From: Actinomycetes bacterium
Lineage (GTDB): Bacteria > Actinomycetota > Actinomycetes > S36-B12 > UBA5976
DNA length: 64,000 bases
Direction of reading: 5' to 3'
NCBI GenBank assembly: GCA_038145175.1
Contig: JAYQPE010000005.1
Span: 25,097 to 89,096 of the forward strand
Shown: positions 9,222 through 23,132 of the stretch, in pieces
Layout: every line of letters begins with the position of its first letter
Position numbering within the stretch: position 1 is the stretch's first letter
The notes under the pieces: generated by a model
What the model was told of the DNA's origin: nothing
Database searches by the model: none
The model's input: only the letters and a program-made list of their open reading frames with translations
Made by a program: the position numbers and the translations under genes

Positions 9222-10442
9222 TTAGTTGCGAATTCTCACACGATCAGGTGTAAGTTCTTCAAGCTTTGTGATTCCTAAGAGTCTCATAGACATTTCAATT
9301 TCTGATTTGAGCAATTGCACTACTCTTTCAACCCCTAATTCTCCCCCAGCCATCAGACCATACAAATAAGCTCTACCAACTAAAACAGCATTTGCACCCA
9401 TTCCAATTGCAGCCAAAATGTCAGTGCCAGACATAACACCACCATCAATTAGAACTGTCATGTCTTTTCCAACTGCTTTTCTAACTTCTGGAAGAAGTTC
9501 TAAGGGCACAGGTGCTTTATCCATTTGTCTTCCACCATGAGTTGAAAGAATAATTCCATCAACGCCTGCATCTTTTAGCATCACAGCATCTTCAACTGAT
9601 TGCACACCTTTAATTAATAATTTTCCATTCCAAATTGTTTTTAGCCATTTAATGTCTTCTAAAGTGATTGAGGGATCAAATATTTTGGATAATAAATCAG
9701 CAACTGTGCCACCACTATCGTTCATATCAAGGGAGGCAAAAACTAAAGGTTCTGTGGTTAAAAGATTTCCCCACCATTTTGGATATTTAGCCATATCGAG
9801 CAACGTTTTTAAAGTAAGTTTAGGAGGAATTGTTAAACCATTTTTAACATCTCGATATCGAACTCCACCAACTACTGTGTCAACTGTTAATACAATTGCT
9901 TCAAAACCTGAATTTTTTACGCGAGCAACTAATTTTTCATTAGGTTCTCTTTCACGTCTTACATATAACTGATACCAACGTCTAACATCTGGCACTTCTT
10001 TAGCTAAATCTTCAGGAGAAGTTGTACCAAGTGTTGATAAGCCGTACAAAATTCCATATTTTTTAGCAACCCTTGCAACAGCAGGCTCACCTTCATAGCC
10101 CATCATTCTGGTGAAACCAGTTGCAGCAAAAGCAAATGGAAGTGAATTTTTTTGACCTAAAATGTCAACAGATGTATCAACATTTGTTACATCCCTTAAA
10201 ACTCGGGGAGAAAATTCAACTTTAGAAAAAACTTCTCTTGCCCTATTTAGACTTGCTTCAGAACCAGATGCGCCATCGGTGTAATCAAAGACAGATCTAG
10301 GTGTTCTTTTGGATGCTTGTTCACGCAAATCCCAAATATTAGTAGCTTTTGCAAGTCTTACTTGTTTTCTATTTAGGTTTGGCCAGCGAAATCCTATTAA
10401 AGAAATTACCTCTTTAGGTCTAGGAAATCTGCGCTTAACCAT
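9222..10442 (-). CDS. lldD: FMN-dependent alpha-hydroxy-acid (L-lactate) dehydrogenase, LldD2-like
   Basis: 406 aa with FDYTDGASGSEASL, LSTHGGRQ and DGGVMSGTD motifs of the glycolate oxidase/LldD family. It has the long basic N-terminal extension seen in actinobacterial LldD2. Confidence 0.85.
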   Translation of the reverse strand: MVKRRFPRPKEVISLIGFRWPNLNRKQVRLAKATNIWDLREQASKRTPRSVFDYTDGASGSEASLNRAREVFSKVEFSPRVLRDVTNVDTSVDILGQKNSLPFAFAATGFTRMMGYEGEPAVARVAKKYGILYGLSTLGTTSPEDLAKEVPDVRRWYQLYVRREREPNEKLVARVKNSGFEAIVLTVDTVVGGVRYRDVKNGLTIPPKLTLKTLLDMAKYPKWWGNLLTTEPLVFASLDMNDSGGTVADLLSKIFDPSITLEDIKWLKTIWNGKLLIKGVQSVEDAVMLKDAGVDGIILSTHGGRQMDKAPVPLELLPEVRKAVGKDMTVLIDGGVMSGTDILAAIGMGANAVLVGRAYLYGLMAGGELGVERVVQLLKSEIEMSMRLLGITKLEELTPDRVRIRN

Positions 10443-10480
10443 TTAGTTCCTCTTTAATTGTTAATCAAAAATTACTACAT

Positions 10481-10494
10481 ACTTGTATACAAGT
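10481..10494. promoter_or_regulatory. perfect 14-bp palindrome ACTTGTATACAAGT upstream of lldD (candidate operator)
   Basis: Read directly from the sequence. It lies 38 nt upstream of the lldD ATG, between tRNA-Gln and the lldD SD (AAGAGGA). Confidence 0.4.
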
Positions 10495-10516
10495 AAGAGG
10501 TGGCGTTTACTTTTTG

Positions 10517-10588
10517 CTGGGGTACTAGGACTCGAACCTAGACAAGCGGATCCAGAAACCGCTGGGCTGCCAATTACCCCATACCCCA
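10517..10588 (-). tRNA. tRNA-Gln (anticodon CUG), CCA not encoded
   Basis: Hand-folded: TGGGGTA TG GGGT AATTGGCA GCCC A GCGGT TTCTGGA TCCGC TTGT CTAGG TTCGAGT CCTAG TACCCCA G. The U1-A72 pair is typical of tRNA-Gln. Confidence 0.88.
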
Positions 10589-10600
10589 CTGGAATTTAAA

Positions 10601-12079
10601 TTATTTTTTGATCTGCTGTCGAATTCTTGAAAGAACTTTTTCTTTACCTAAAAGCTCCATTGATTCAAATAATGGTGGAGATACTTTTCTGCCAGTTACT
10701 GCCACACGAATAGCAGTAAATGCCACTCTGGGCTTTAATCCCATTTGTTGCACAATTACTTTATTGAATTCATCATGTAATTTTTCTGTTTTAAATTCTT
10801 CAATTGATTCAATAATTTTTATGGCTTCTTCTAAAACTGGTAAGTTTTCATGAGTTAGAGAACTTTCTGCATCCTCATGATTTACTTTAAAATCTTTTTC
10901 TTCAACTAATAAAAAGCTAAGCATTCCATTTGCTTGGGAAAGTTTTTCTAACCTTTCTTGCACCAGAGGTGTTGCTTTTAAAATCATGTCTATTTGGATA
11001 TTTGTGGGTGAATTAGTGAAGAATTTTTCTGAAATTAATTGATTAGTAATTCTACGGGCAAGTTCTTCTGTACTTAATTTTCTAATCCAGTCAGCATTAA
11101 TTGCAGTGCATTTCTTAATGTCAAATCTTGCAGGATTTGCACTCACTCTTTTTATATCAAAATTATCTGCCATTTCTTGCATGGAGAAAAATTCAATATC
11201 ATCACCAAATGACCAACCAAGAAGTGCTAAATAGTTAAGTAATCCTTCAGGTAAAAATCCTTCTTTTCGATACATTAAAAGACTTGATTCAGGATCTCGT
11301 TTTGAAAGCTTTTTATTACCTTCACCCATTACGTAAGGTAAATGTCCAAAAACTGGAGTAACTCCTGTGCCAACTCCAATTTGTTTGAAAGCTTCATAAA
11401 GAGCAATTTGTCTCGGTGTTGAAGATAATAGATCTTCTCCTCTTAAGACATGTGTTATTTGCATCAAAGCATCATCTGAAGGATTTACCAGAGTGTAAAG
11501 CGGATCGCCATTTGCTCTTACTAAAACATAATCTGGAATATGTTCTGGATCAAAACTTAATTCACCTCTTACTAAGTCATTCCAGGTAATAGTTTTATCT
11601 GGCATTTTAAATCTTAGAACCGGAGTTCTTCCTTTACTTTCAAAATTAATAACTTGCTCACCAGTTAAATTCCTACAATGTCCGTCATAACCTGGAGTTT
11701 GGCCTTTTTCTTTTTGAGCTTTTCTCCTCTCTTCGACTTCCTCTTGAGAGCAATAGCAGTGATAAGCAAATTTATTTTCTAAAAGTTTTTTTGCTATATC
11801 TGCATAAATTTCTAATCTTTCACTTTGTCGATACGGTCCAAAATCTCCACCAACAACAGGACCCTCATCCCAGTTAAGTCCAAGCCATTTTAATGAATCT
11901 AAAAGTGCGTTATATGACTCTTCACTATCTCTGGCAGCATCTGTATCTTCAATTCGAAAAACAAAAGTTCCTTTATTGTGTCTGGCAAATGCCCAATTAA
12001 ACAAAGCTGTTCGAATCATGCCCACATGTGGATCTCCAGTTGGCGATGGACAGAATCTAACGCGAATGTTATTTGACAT
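10601..12079 (-). CDS. gltX: glutamate--tRNA ligase
   Basis: HIGH-type motif (PTGDPHVGM) and KMSKS-type motif (KLSKR). Its start overlaps the cimA stop by 11 nt. Confidence 0.95.
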   Translation of the reverse strand: MSNNIRVRFCPSPTGDPHVGMIRTALFNWAFARHNKGTFVFRIEDTDAARDSEESYNALLDSLKWLGLNWDEGPVVGGDFGPYRQSERLEIYADIAKKLLENKFAYHCYCSQEEVEERRKAQKEKGQTPGYDGHCRNLTGEQVINFESKGRTPVLRFKMPDKTITWNDLVRGELSFDPEHIPDYVLVRANGDPLYTLVNPSDDALMQITHVLRGEDLLSSTPRQIALYEAFKQIGVGTGVTPVFGHLPYVMGEGNKKLSKRDPESSLLMYRKEGFLPEGLLNYLALLGWSFGDDIEFFSMQEMADNFDIKRVSANPARFDIKKCTAINADWIRKLSTEELARRITNQLISEKFFTNSPTNIQIDMILKATPLVQERLEKLSQANGMLSFLLVEEKDFKVNHEDAESSLTHENLPVLEEAIKIIESIEEFKTEKLHDEFNKVIVQQMGLKPRVAFTAIRVAVTGRKVSPPLFESMELLGKEKVLSRIRQQIKK

Positions 12080-13667
12080 GCGACTTCAATAATCCATAGG
12101 TAACTGCATCAGAAATTGCATTCCATGAAGCAGCGATAACGTTTTCATGCACACCAACTGTGTCCCATTGATTATTTCCATCACTTGTTTCAATGAGCAC
12201 TCTGGTCACTGCTCCTGTTCCTTTTACTCCTTCTAGGATACGAACTTTGTAGTCAATTAATTCTAAATTTCCAATTTCTGGATAAATTTTTTCTAAAGCA
12301 GCTCTTAAGGCTTTATCAAGTGCATTTACAGGACCATTACCTTCAGAAGTTTGTAAAATTCTTTGACCATTTGCTAATACTTTCACAGTTGCATCTGTGG
12401 AAACTTTTCCATCTTGAGCCTGTTCAACTGTTACTTTCCAAGATTCAACTGTGAAATATTTAGAAGTGTTTTCACCCAATTCATCTCTTAAAAGTAGTTC
12501 AAATGAAGCATCTGCAGCTTCAAACGTGTAACCACGAGATTCCATATCTTTTACTTTTTCAACAACGTTAGTTAAAACTTCCTTATTACCAGTTAAATCA
12601 ATACCAATTTCTTTTCCTTTTAATTCAATGGAGGCTCGTCCTGCCATATCAGAAACTAAAGTTCTCATATCATTTCCAACTAAATTTGGATCAATGTGTT
12701 GGTAAAGCATTGGATCAATTTTCACAGCACTTGCATGAAGTCCTGCTTTATGTGCAAATGCCGAGAATCCAACATATGGTTGATGTTGATTTGGATTAAT
12801 ATTTGTTATTTCACTTACCGCATGAGCAATTCTGGTCATTTCTTTAATTGCATCACTTGGCACAACTACTTTTCCTTTTTTCAACTGCAAATTTGCAACG
12901 ACGCTAAATAAATTTGCGTTACCACTTCTTTCCCCATAGCCATTCGCAGTTCCTTGAACATGTGTTGCTCCAGCATCAACTGCTGACAAAGTATTTGCCA
13001 CAGCACAATTGGTGTCATCGTGGCAATGAATTCCAATGCGAGCATTTGTGGCATTCAAAACATCGTGCACAACTTGCCCAAGTTGATCTGGAAGCATTCC
13101 ACCGTTTGTGTCACAAAGTGCAACAAGTTCTGCACCTGCTTGCATAGCAGTCTTCACAACTTCAACAGCATAATTTTTATTACTGTGATATCCATCAAAA
13201 AAGTGTTCAGCATCTAGAAAAACAGTTCTACCTTCTGAAACTAAATACGAAATTGTGTCTTGAATCATATTTAGGTTTTCATCCAGAGTTGTTTTTAATG
13301 CAAGTTCAACATGCCGATCAAAAGATTTAGCTACTAAAGTAATTACTTTGGCGTTTGAATCAAGTAAAGCTCTTACCAATTGATCATCTTGTGCTTTTAC
13401 ATTTGGTCTTCTAGTGCTACCAAAAGCTGCTAATGTTGCATTTTTTAGTTTTAAATCAGTTTGTGCTTTTGCAAAAAATTCTGTATCTTTGGGATTTGCT
13501 CCTGGCCATCCACCTTCAATAAATCCCACGCCCAATGAATCAAGATGTCTAGCAATATTTAACTTGTCTTGTACAGAAAGATTTAATCCTTCTTGTTGAG
13601 CACCATCTCTTAAAGTTGTGTCATAAATATGAAATGCAGCAGGATTAAGTGAATTATCTTTACTCAT
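12069..13667 (-). CDS. cimA: citramalate synthase (LeuA-family, CimA type)
   Basis: MSKDNSLNPAAFHIYDTTLRDGAQQEGLNLSVQDKL...GWPGANPKD plus a C-terminal LeuA-dimer-like domain. I start at ATG 13665-13667 (AAAGGA SD). The track's 29-codon upstream extension covers the leader structure and is rejected. Confidence 0.82.
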   Translation of the reverse strand: MSKDNSLNPAAFHIYDTTLRDGAQQEGLNLSVQDKLNIARHLDSLGVGFIEGGWPGANPKDTEFFAKAQTDLKLKNATLAAFGSTRRPNVKAQDDQLVRALLDSNAKVITLVAKSFDRHVELALKTTLDENLNMIQDTISYLVSEGRTVFLDAEHFFDGYHSNKNYAVEVVKTAMQAGAELVALCDTNGGMLPDQLGQVVHDVLNATNARIGIHCHDDTNCAVANTLSAVDAGATHVQGTANGYGERSGNANLFSVVANLQLKKGKVVVPSDAIKEMTRIAHAVSEITNINPNQHQPYVGFSAFAHKAGLHASAVKIDPMLYQHIDPNLVGNDMRTLVSDMAGRASIELKGKEIGIDLTGNKEVLTNVVEKVKDMESRGYTFEAADASFELLLRDELGENTSKYFTVESWKVTVEQAQDGKVSTDATVKVLANGQRILQTSEGNGPVNALDKALRAALEKIYPEIGNLELIDYKVRILEGVKGTGAVTRVLIETSDGNNQWDTVGVHENVIAASWNAISDAVTYGLLKSHVK

Positions 13668-13689
13668 AAATAAATCCTTTCTGCCAAAC

Positions 13690-13719
13690 AAAAAACCCCT
13701 CGCAGTTTTGCGCGAAGGG
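13690..13719 (-). terminator. intrinsic terminator/attenuator hairpin immediately upstream of the cimA SD
   Basis: Minus-strand RNA CCCUUCGC-gcaaaacu-GCGAGGGG followed by UUUUUUGUUU. One pair is a G-U wobble in minus-strand RNA but a C-A mismatch on the + strand. Confidence 0.6.
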
Positions 13720-13763
13720 CTGGCACACATTCGTGGGGCTACTTGCCCGCACAACTTGTGCGC

Positions 13764-13790
13764 TTATCTAATAATGATCTGGTACTTCAT
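13764..13790 (-). promoter_or_regulatory. candidate leader peptide ORF MKYQIIIR (three consecutive Ile codons)
   Basis: ATG AAG TAC CAG ATC ATT ATT AGA TAA read from the minus strand. It sits in a GC-rich island between ilvE and cimA. No clear SD. Confidence 0.5.
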
Positions 13791-13839
13791 TGGTTCTAAG
13801 TTTGCCTCATCCTCTAGGTAAAGATTAAAACTGGGGGTC

Positions 13840-14925
13840 TTAACCTACGTTTAACGTCCATTGGTGTTCATCTTTTGCTATACCAGTTTGAATATCTAAT
13901 AAAGCATCGCGAAGTTTAGAAGTTACTGGACCTGTTTCTCCTGAGCCAACTTGGAATTGGCCATCTTTTGATTTAACTGTGCCAATTGGGGTAATTACTG
14001 CAGCGGTACCGCAAGCAAAGACTTCAGTTATTTCTCCGGATTCGCAACCTTTTTTCCAATCTTCAACACTTATTCTTGCTTCACTTGAAGTTAAATCTAA
14101 ATCTTTTGCCAAAGTTAAAATTGAATCTCTAGTGATTCCAGCAAGTAAAGATCCTGTTAATTCTGGAGTGATAATTTTATTTTGTTTTCCATAAACAAAA
14201 TATAAATTCATTCCTCCCATTTCTTCAATCCAGCGTCTTTCAATTGCATCTAGCCACACAACTTGATCACAACCTTCTTGAGCTGCTTTTGCTTGAGCTA
14301 TCAATGAAGCGGCATAATTTCCAGCAAATTTTGCCTCCCCTGTTCCACCAGGTGCAGCTCTTACATATTCAGTACTTAGCCAGACAGAAACTGGTTTTAA
14401 TCCTTTTGGAAAATAAGCACCAGCAGGAGAAGCGATTAACATAAATAAATATTTGTTTGCAGGTCTTACTCCTAAACCAACTTCGGTGGCAAACATAAAA
14501 GGTCTTAGGTATAAAGATTTTTCTCTATCTTCTGGAACCCAATTTTTATCAACTGAGATTAATTCTTTGATAGCTTGTACAAATAAATCTTCTGGCATTT
14601 CTGGCATTGCCATTCTTTTTGCACTTCTGGCAAATCGTTTGGCATTTTCAACTGGTCTAAAAGTTTTGATTGAGCCATCTTTATGTCGATATGCTTTTAG
14701 GCCTTCAAATATTGCTTGACCGTAATGCAAGGTCATATTGGCAGGATCTACTTCTAATTTTGCATATGGCACAACTCGTGGATTTATAAAACCTTTATCT
14801 TGTTCCCAATCAATTAACACCATGTGATCGGTGAAGTGTTTTCCAAAGCCAGGATTATCAAGAATTTCTTTTCTTTGAGAATCAGACTTAGTTGAATTAT
14901 TTTTTGTGACACTAAAATTTGTCAT
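13840..14925 (-). CDS. ilvE: branched-chain amino acid aminotransferase
   Basis: 361 aa class IV aminotransferase. ATGA overlap with the leuB stop. Confidence 0.92.
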   Translation of the reverse strand: MTNFSVTKNNSTKSDSQRKEILDNPGFGKHFTDHMVLIDWEQDKGFINPRVVPYAKLEVDPANMTLHYGQAIFEGLKAYRHKDGSIKTFRPVENAKRFARSAKRMAMPEMPEDLFVQAIKELISVDKNWVPEDREKSLYLRPFMFATEVGLGVRPANKYLFMLIASPAGAYFPKGLKPVSVWLSTEYVRAAPGGTGEAKFAGNYAASLIAQAKAAQEGCDQVVWLDAIERRWIEEMGGMNLYFVYGKQNKIITPELTGSLLAGITRDSILTLAKDLDLTSSEARISVEDWKKGCESGEITEVFACGTAAVITPIGTVKSKDGQFQVGSGETGPVTSKLRDALLDIQTGIAKDEHQWTLNVG

Positions 14926-15953
14926 AAGTTAACCAATTTAGCGATTGCATCTCCTATTTCAAATGTGCTTCGCTTTGTTTGTCCTCTACTTGCTAAATCT
15001 TTAGAAACAGCATCTTCTATTTTCTTTGCCAACAAATCTTGTCCAAGATGTGACAACATCATTGATGCACTCATGATGGCAGCTGTTGGATCTGCAATTG
15101 CTTTTCCAGCAATATCAGGTGCTGAACCATGAACTGGTTCAAACATAGAAGGAGAAGTTTTTTCAGGATTTATATTTCCACTAGCAGCAAGCCCAATGCC
15201 ACCAGCAATAGCTGCGCCAATGTCTGTCAAGATATCGCCAAATAAATTATCTGTTACTACAACATCAAATTTTTCAGGATTTGTGACAAAAAACATTGAG
15301 GCTGCATCTACGTGTTGATAATCAGTTTTAACGTCAGGAAATTCTTTCGAAACATTTTCAAAAGTTCTTTTCCACAAATCACCAGCAAAAACTAAAACGT
15401 TTGCTTTGTGTACCAAGGTTAGATGATTTCTTCTTTTTTGTGCTCTATTAAATGCATCTCTAATTACTCTTTCAGCGCCTTTGGCAGTATTTAAAGATTC
15501 TTCCGTTGCAACTTCATCTTTGGTGTTTTTTCTTAACACACCACCAGAGCCAACATAAGCGCCTTCAGTGCCTTCTCTTACGACAACCATGTCGATATCT
15601 TTTGTAGTTTTACCTGCTAAAGGAGTAGTAACTCCTGGAAAAAGTTTTACAGGTCTTAAATTGACATAGTGATCAAGGACAAATCTTAGTTTTAATAAAA
15701 GTCCACGTTCTAAAATTCCTGGAGCCACTTTTGGATCCCCTACTGCACCTAACAAGATTGCATCAAATTTTCTTAATTCATCAATTACTGAATCCGGTAA
15801 TGTTTCACCAGTCTTTAAATAACGAGCAGCACCAAGATCGTAAGTTTGTTTTTCAAGTTTTACACCAGTTGCATCTAAAACTTTGCATGCTTCATTAACC
15901 ACTTCGGATCCAATTCCATCACCTGGAATTAACGCAATTCGAAAGGAAGACAT
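14922..15953 (-). CDS. leuB: 3-isopropylmalate dehydrogenase
   Basis: 343 aa isocitrate/isopropylmalate dehydrogenase family (NLFGDILTD motif). Confidence 0.95.
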   Translation of the reverse strand: MSSFRIALIPGDGIGSEVVNEACKVLDATGVKLEKQTYDLGAARYLKTGETLPDSVIDELRKFDAILLGAVGDPKVAPGILERGLLLKLRFVLDHYVNLRPVKLFPGVTTPLAGKTTKDIDMVVVREGTEGAYVGSGGVLRKNTKDEVATEESLNTAKGAERVIRDAFNRAQKRRNHLTLVHKANVLVFAGDLWKRTFENVSKEFPDVKTDYQHVDAASMFFVTNPEKFDVVVTDNLFGDILTDIGAAIAGGIGLAASGNINPEKTSPSMFEPVHGSAPDIAGKAIADPTAAIMSASMMLSHLGQDLLAKKIEDAVSKDLASRGQTKRSTFEIGDAIAKLVNL

Positions 15954-16011
15954 AATAAATACAAGCGTAGGGCTGCGCTACTTTTTTATCTCCTGCTACC
16001 CTTTATTAATA

Positions 16012-16053
16012 ATGATTCGTTGCTTACTACTTCATAGCCGCAGCGAGGCCTAA
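16012..16053 (+). promoter_or_regulatory. candidate leuA leader peptide ORF MIRCLLLHSRSEA (Leu-Leu-Leu run)
   Basis: ATG ATT CGT TGC TTA CTA CTT CAT AGC CGC AGC GAG GCC TAA. Its 3' end (CCGCAGCGAGGCC, 16038-16050) pairs with GGCCTCCTCGCTGCGG (16059-16074). Confidence 0.6.
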
Positions 16054-16131
16054 CGACTGGCCTCCTCGCTGCGGGAGTTAGTCATTTGCTGGTCGCAAAA
16101 GATTTTTTCCGACTAGCCACTAAAGAGGTAA

Positions 16132-19439
<3,308 letters not shown>

Positions 19440-19443
19440 ATAT

Positions 19444-19599
19444 CTAGCCTACTTTGTTAGATTTTTTCTTTTTACAAGCATTAGAACAATATTTAACTTC
19501 ATCCCAGTTTTTAGCCCATGATTTTCGCCATGTCATTTTTCGGCCACAAGCAACACAGATTTTTTCTAATTTAGGATGTTTAGAAATATGTTGGCCCAT
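19444..19599 (-). CDS. small zinc-binding protein, DUF2256-like (51 aa; below the ORF-track size cut-off)
   Basis: My translation: MGQHISKHPKLEKICVACGRKMTWRKSWAKNWDEVKYCSNACKKKKSNKVG. The CxxCG..W.W...W..V.YCS..C pattern matches DUF2256 as I recall it. Confidence 0.7.
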   Translation of the reverse strand: MGQHISKHPKLEKICVACGRKMTWRKSWAKNWDEVKYCSNACKKKKSNKVG

Positions 19600-19624
19600 T
19601 TAATAATTATTTATTAAATGGGCC
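19593..19624. terminator. perfect 14-bp stem / 4-nt loop hairpin between ilvC and the DUF2256 gene
   Basis: GGCCCATTTAATAA-ttat-TTATTAAATGGGCC. One arm contains the DUF2256 ATG (19597-19599). Confidence 0.55.
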
Positions 19625-19641
19625 AATAACGCTATTTGAAA

Positions 19642-20673
<1,032 letters not shown>

Positions 20674-20708
20674 TTACTTTCCTTTTCTTTTTTTCGGTTG
20701 GTTAATTA

Positions 20709-21215
20709 CTAGCGTAATGTGCGCTCAGAGGCAGATTTTGCTCCGCGTCCAATTGCCACCATGCCTGATTGAACTAGTTCCTTGATTCCATAATCTTCTA
20801 AAACTTTTAAGAGAGCCTGGATTTTGTCATGATTTCCAGTGGCTTCAATAGTTATCGCATCATTAGAGACATCAACTACTTTTGCTCTAAAAAGAGAAAC
20901 GGTTTCTAAAATACTTGATCGATTCTGAGCATCTGCTTTAACTTTGACAAGTAAAAGTTCTCTTTGTACCGCAGCAGTGTTATCAAGTTCTACAATCTTT
21001 AAAACATTTACTAATTTATTTAGCTGCTTTGTTACTTGCTCTAGCGGAGATTCAGCAACATTAACCACAATTGTCATACGAGATACACCACTAGTTTCAG
21101 TTGGACCAACCGCTAATGATTCAATGTTGAATCCACGTCTGGCAAACAAACTCGCAGTTCTTGCCAAAACACCAGGTTGATCTTCCACAAGAACGCTTAA
21201 AGTGTGTCTACTCAT
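20709..21215 (-). CDS. ilvN: acetolactate synthase small (regulatory) subunit
   Basis: 168 aa, ACT domain N-terminus ([16 protein letters not shown]). ATGA overlap with the ilvB stop. Confidence 0.93.
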   Translation of the reverse strand: MSRHTLSVLVEDQPGVLARTASLFARRGFNIESLAVGPTETSGVSRMTIVVNVAESPLEQVTKQLNKLVNVLKIVELDNTAAVQRELLLVKVKADAQNRSSILETVSLFRAKVVDVSNDAITIEATGNHDKIQALLKVLEDYGIKELVQSGMVAIGRGAKSASERTLR

Positions 21216-22956
21216 TCGTCATCACTTCGCATCCATTTTGGTGCCATGTCGCGAGCAAACTTGATTTCAGAATTACTCATACCTGCTGCCACCATTGGCC
21301 AAACCATGGCATCTTTATGAACCACGAAATCAATCACAACTGGTGCATCATTGAGGCCTAAAGCTTTTTCAATTACTACATCAACTTCATCTTTGTTTTC
21401 ACAACGCAATCCATGACATCCATATGCATCTGCAAGTTTCACAAAATCAGGAATTCTGTTTGTGTGAAGATCTGTATTGGAATATCTATTGTTATAAAAC
21501 AAAGATTGCCATTGTCTAACCATGCCCAGTGCGTTGTTATTAATCAATCCAACTTTGATGGGAATGTTGTTGATTGTGCAAGTGGCTAATTCTTGATTAG
21601 TCATTTGAAAGCAACCATCTCCATCAATTGCCCAAACATCTTTATCAGGTGCGCCAACTTTTGCACCCATGGCAGCAGGAATTGCATAACCCATAGTTCC
21701 TAAGCCACCTGAGTTAAGCCAAGTTCCCGGATTTTCATATTTAATAAATTGGGCTGCCCACATTTGATGTTGACCAACTCCTGCTGCATACAAAGCATCA
21801 GGGCCAGTGATTTCACCAATTCTTTGAATTACATATTGAGGAGAAAGAGAACCGTCATGTGGTTCGTCATAACCAAGTGGATATTCATTTCTTAATCTAT
21901 TTAGATTTGCCCACCATGCTTCATAATTTCCAATTCGTCCTGCTTTATGTTCATCTTTTATTGCAGCAATTAGTTCAATCATGGTTTCTTTTGCATCGCC
22001 CACTATAGGAACATGAGCAAATCTATTTTTTCCAATTTCAGCAGGATCTATATCAATATGTATGACATCTGCTTCTGGAGCAAAAGATGAAAGTTGTCCA
22101 GTTACTCGATCATCAAATCTTGTTCCGATTGCAATAAGCAAATCACTTTGCTGTAATGATCCAACTGCTGCCACTGTGCCATGCATTCCCGGCATTCCTA
22201 AATGTTGTGGATGTGAATCTGGGAAAGCACCTCGTGCCATCAAAGTTGTCACAACTGGAATTTGAGTAAGTTCTGCTAATTGGAATAACTCTTTACTAGC
22301 TTCTGACTTAATTACTCCTCCACCAATGTAAAGAACAGGTTTTTTAGCGTTGATAATTCTTTCGGCAGCTTCTTTTACTCTTTTTGCATTTGGTTTAGCT
22401 GTTGGATGATAACCAGGTAAATTCATAACGGGTGGCCAATTAAATTTAGTTTTAGCATTCAAAGCGTCTTTAGAAATATCAACTAAAACAGGACCTGGTC
22501 TTCCAGTTGAGGCAATGTGAAAAGCTTCTGCAATAGCTCTTGGAATGTCCTCTGCTTTAGTAACTAAATAATTATGTTTTGTAATTGGAAAAGTAATTCC
22601 TCTAATGTCTGCTTCTTGAAACGCATCTGTTCCGATTGCATTTGAAGGAACTTGACCAGTAATTGCAACCATTGGCACAGAATCCATATGGGCATCTGCA
22701 ATTGGTGTAACTAAATTTGTTGCACCAGGTCCACTCGTTGCCATGCAAACACCAACGCGACCTGTGGCAAGTGCATAACCTTCTGCAGCATGTCCTGCAC
22801 CTTGTTCATGTCTTACTAATATGTGACGTAATTTTTTTGAATCCATTAATGGATCGTATGCAGGAAGAATTGCTCCGCCCGGAATTCCAAAGACTGTATC
22901 TACACCTGCAGATTCCAAAGATTGAACTAAACTTTGTGCACCGGTGATTTCGGTCA
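21212..22956 (-). CDS. ilvB: acetolactate synthase large subunit
   Basis: ThDP enzyme motifs ([24 protein letters not shown]). Start is set at ATG 22954-22956 (MTEITGAQ), 9 nt after AAGGA. ATG 22963 and the track's TTG 23008 are alternatives. Confidence 0.93.
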
Positions 22957-23033
22957 TGAACATGTTTCCTTTAAATCGGGGAAGAATTCTTTTTAAGGAA
23001 TTCTTCAATTGTTTCAGTAGCCTTTAACCCACT

Positions 23034-23070
23034 AAAAAACCCCCCGGCCTTTTTTAGGCAAACGGAGGGT
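23034..23070 (-). terminator. attenuator terminator in the ilvB leader
   Basis: Minus-strand RNA CCCUCCG-uuu-GCC-uaaaaaa-GGC-CGGGGGG followed by UUUUUU. It contains a U-G pair that is valid only in minus-strand RNA. Confidence 0.6.
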
Positions 23071-23090
23071 GGCGCGTGGGCTAATTCTTG

Positions 23091-23132
23091 CTAGCCGACG
23101 CGCTCGCTAACTACCACGAGTGCATTTCTCAT
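23091..23132 (-). promoter_or_regulatory. candidate ilvB leader peptide ORF MRNALVVVSERVG (Leu + Val-Val-Val)
   Basis: ATG AGA AAT GCA CTC GTG GTA GTT AGC GAG CGC GTC GGC TAG. A TAATCT -10-like hexamer ends 7 nt before the ATG and TAGACC lies 17 nt further upstream, so the transcript may be leaderless. Confidence 0.65.

Noticed and set aside
9167-10516. lldD between two tRNAs considered as an integrated mobile island
   Set aside because: I found no integrase, no recombinase and no direct repeat of a tRNA 3' end flanking the gene. It is reported only as an unusual insertion with a candidate operator.
13668-13754. 29-codon N-terminal extension of the cimA ORF (MCGQVAPRMCASPSRKTARGFLFGRKDLF)
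   Set aside because: It has a non-ATG start and Cys/Arg-rich atypical composition. It runs through the terminator hairpin and U tract. An ATG with an AAAGGA SD at 13667 gives the conserved CimA N-terminus.
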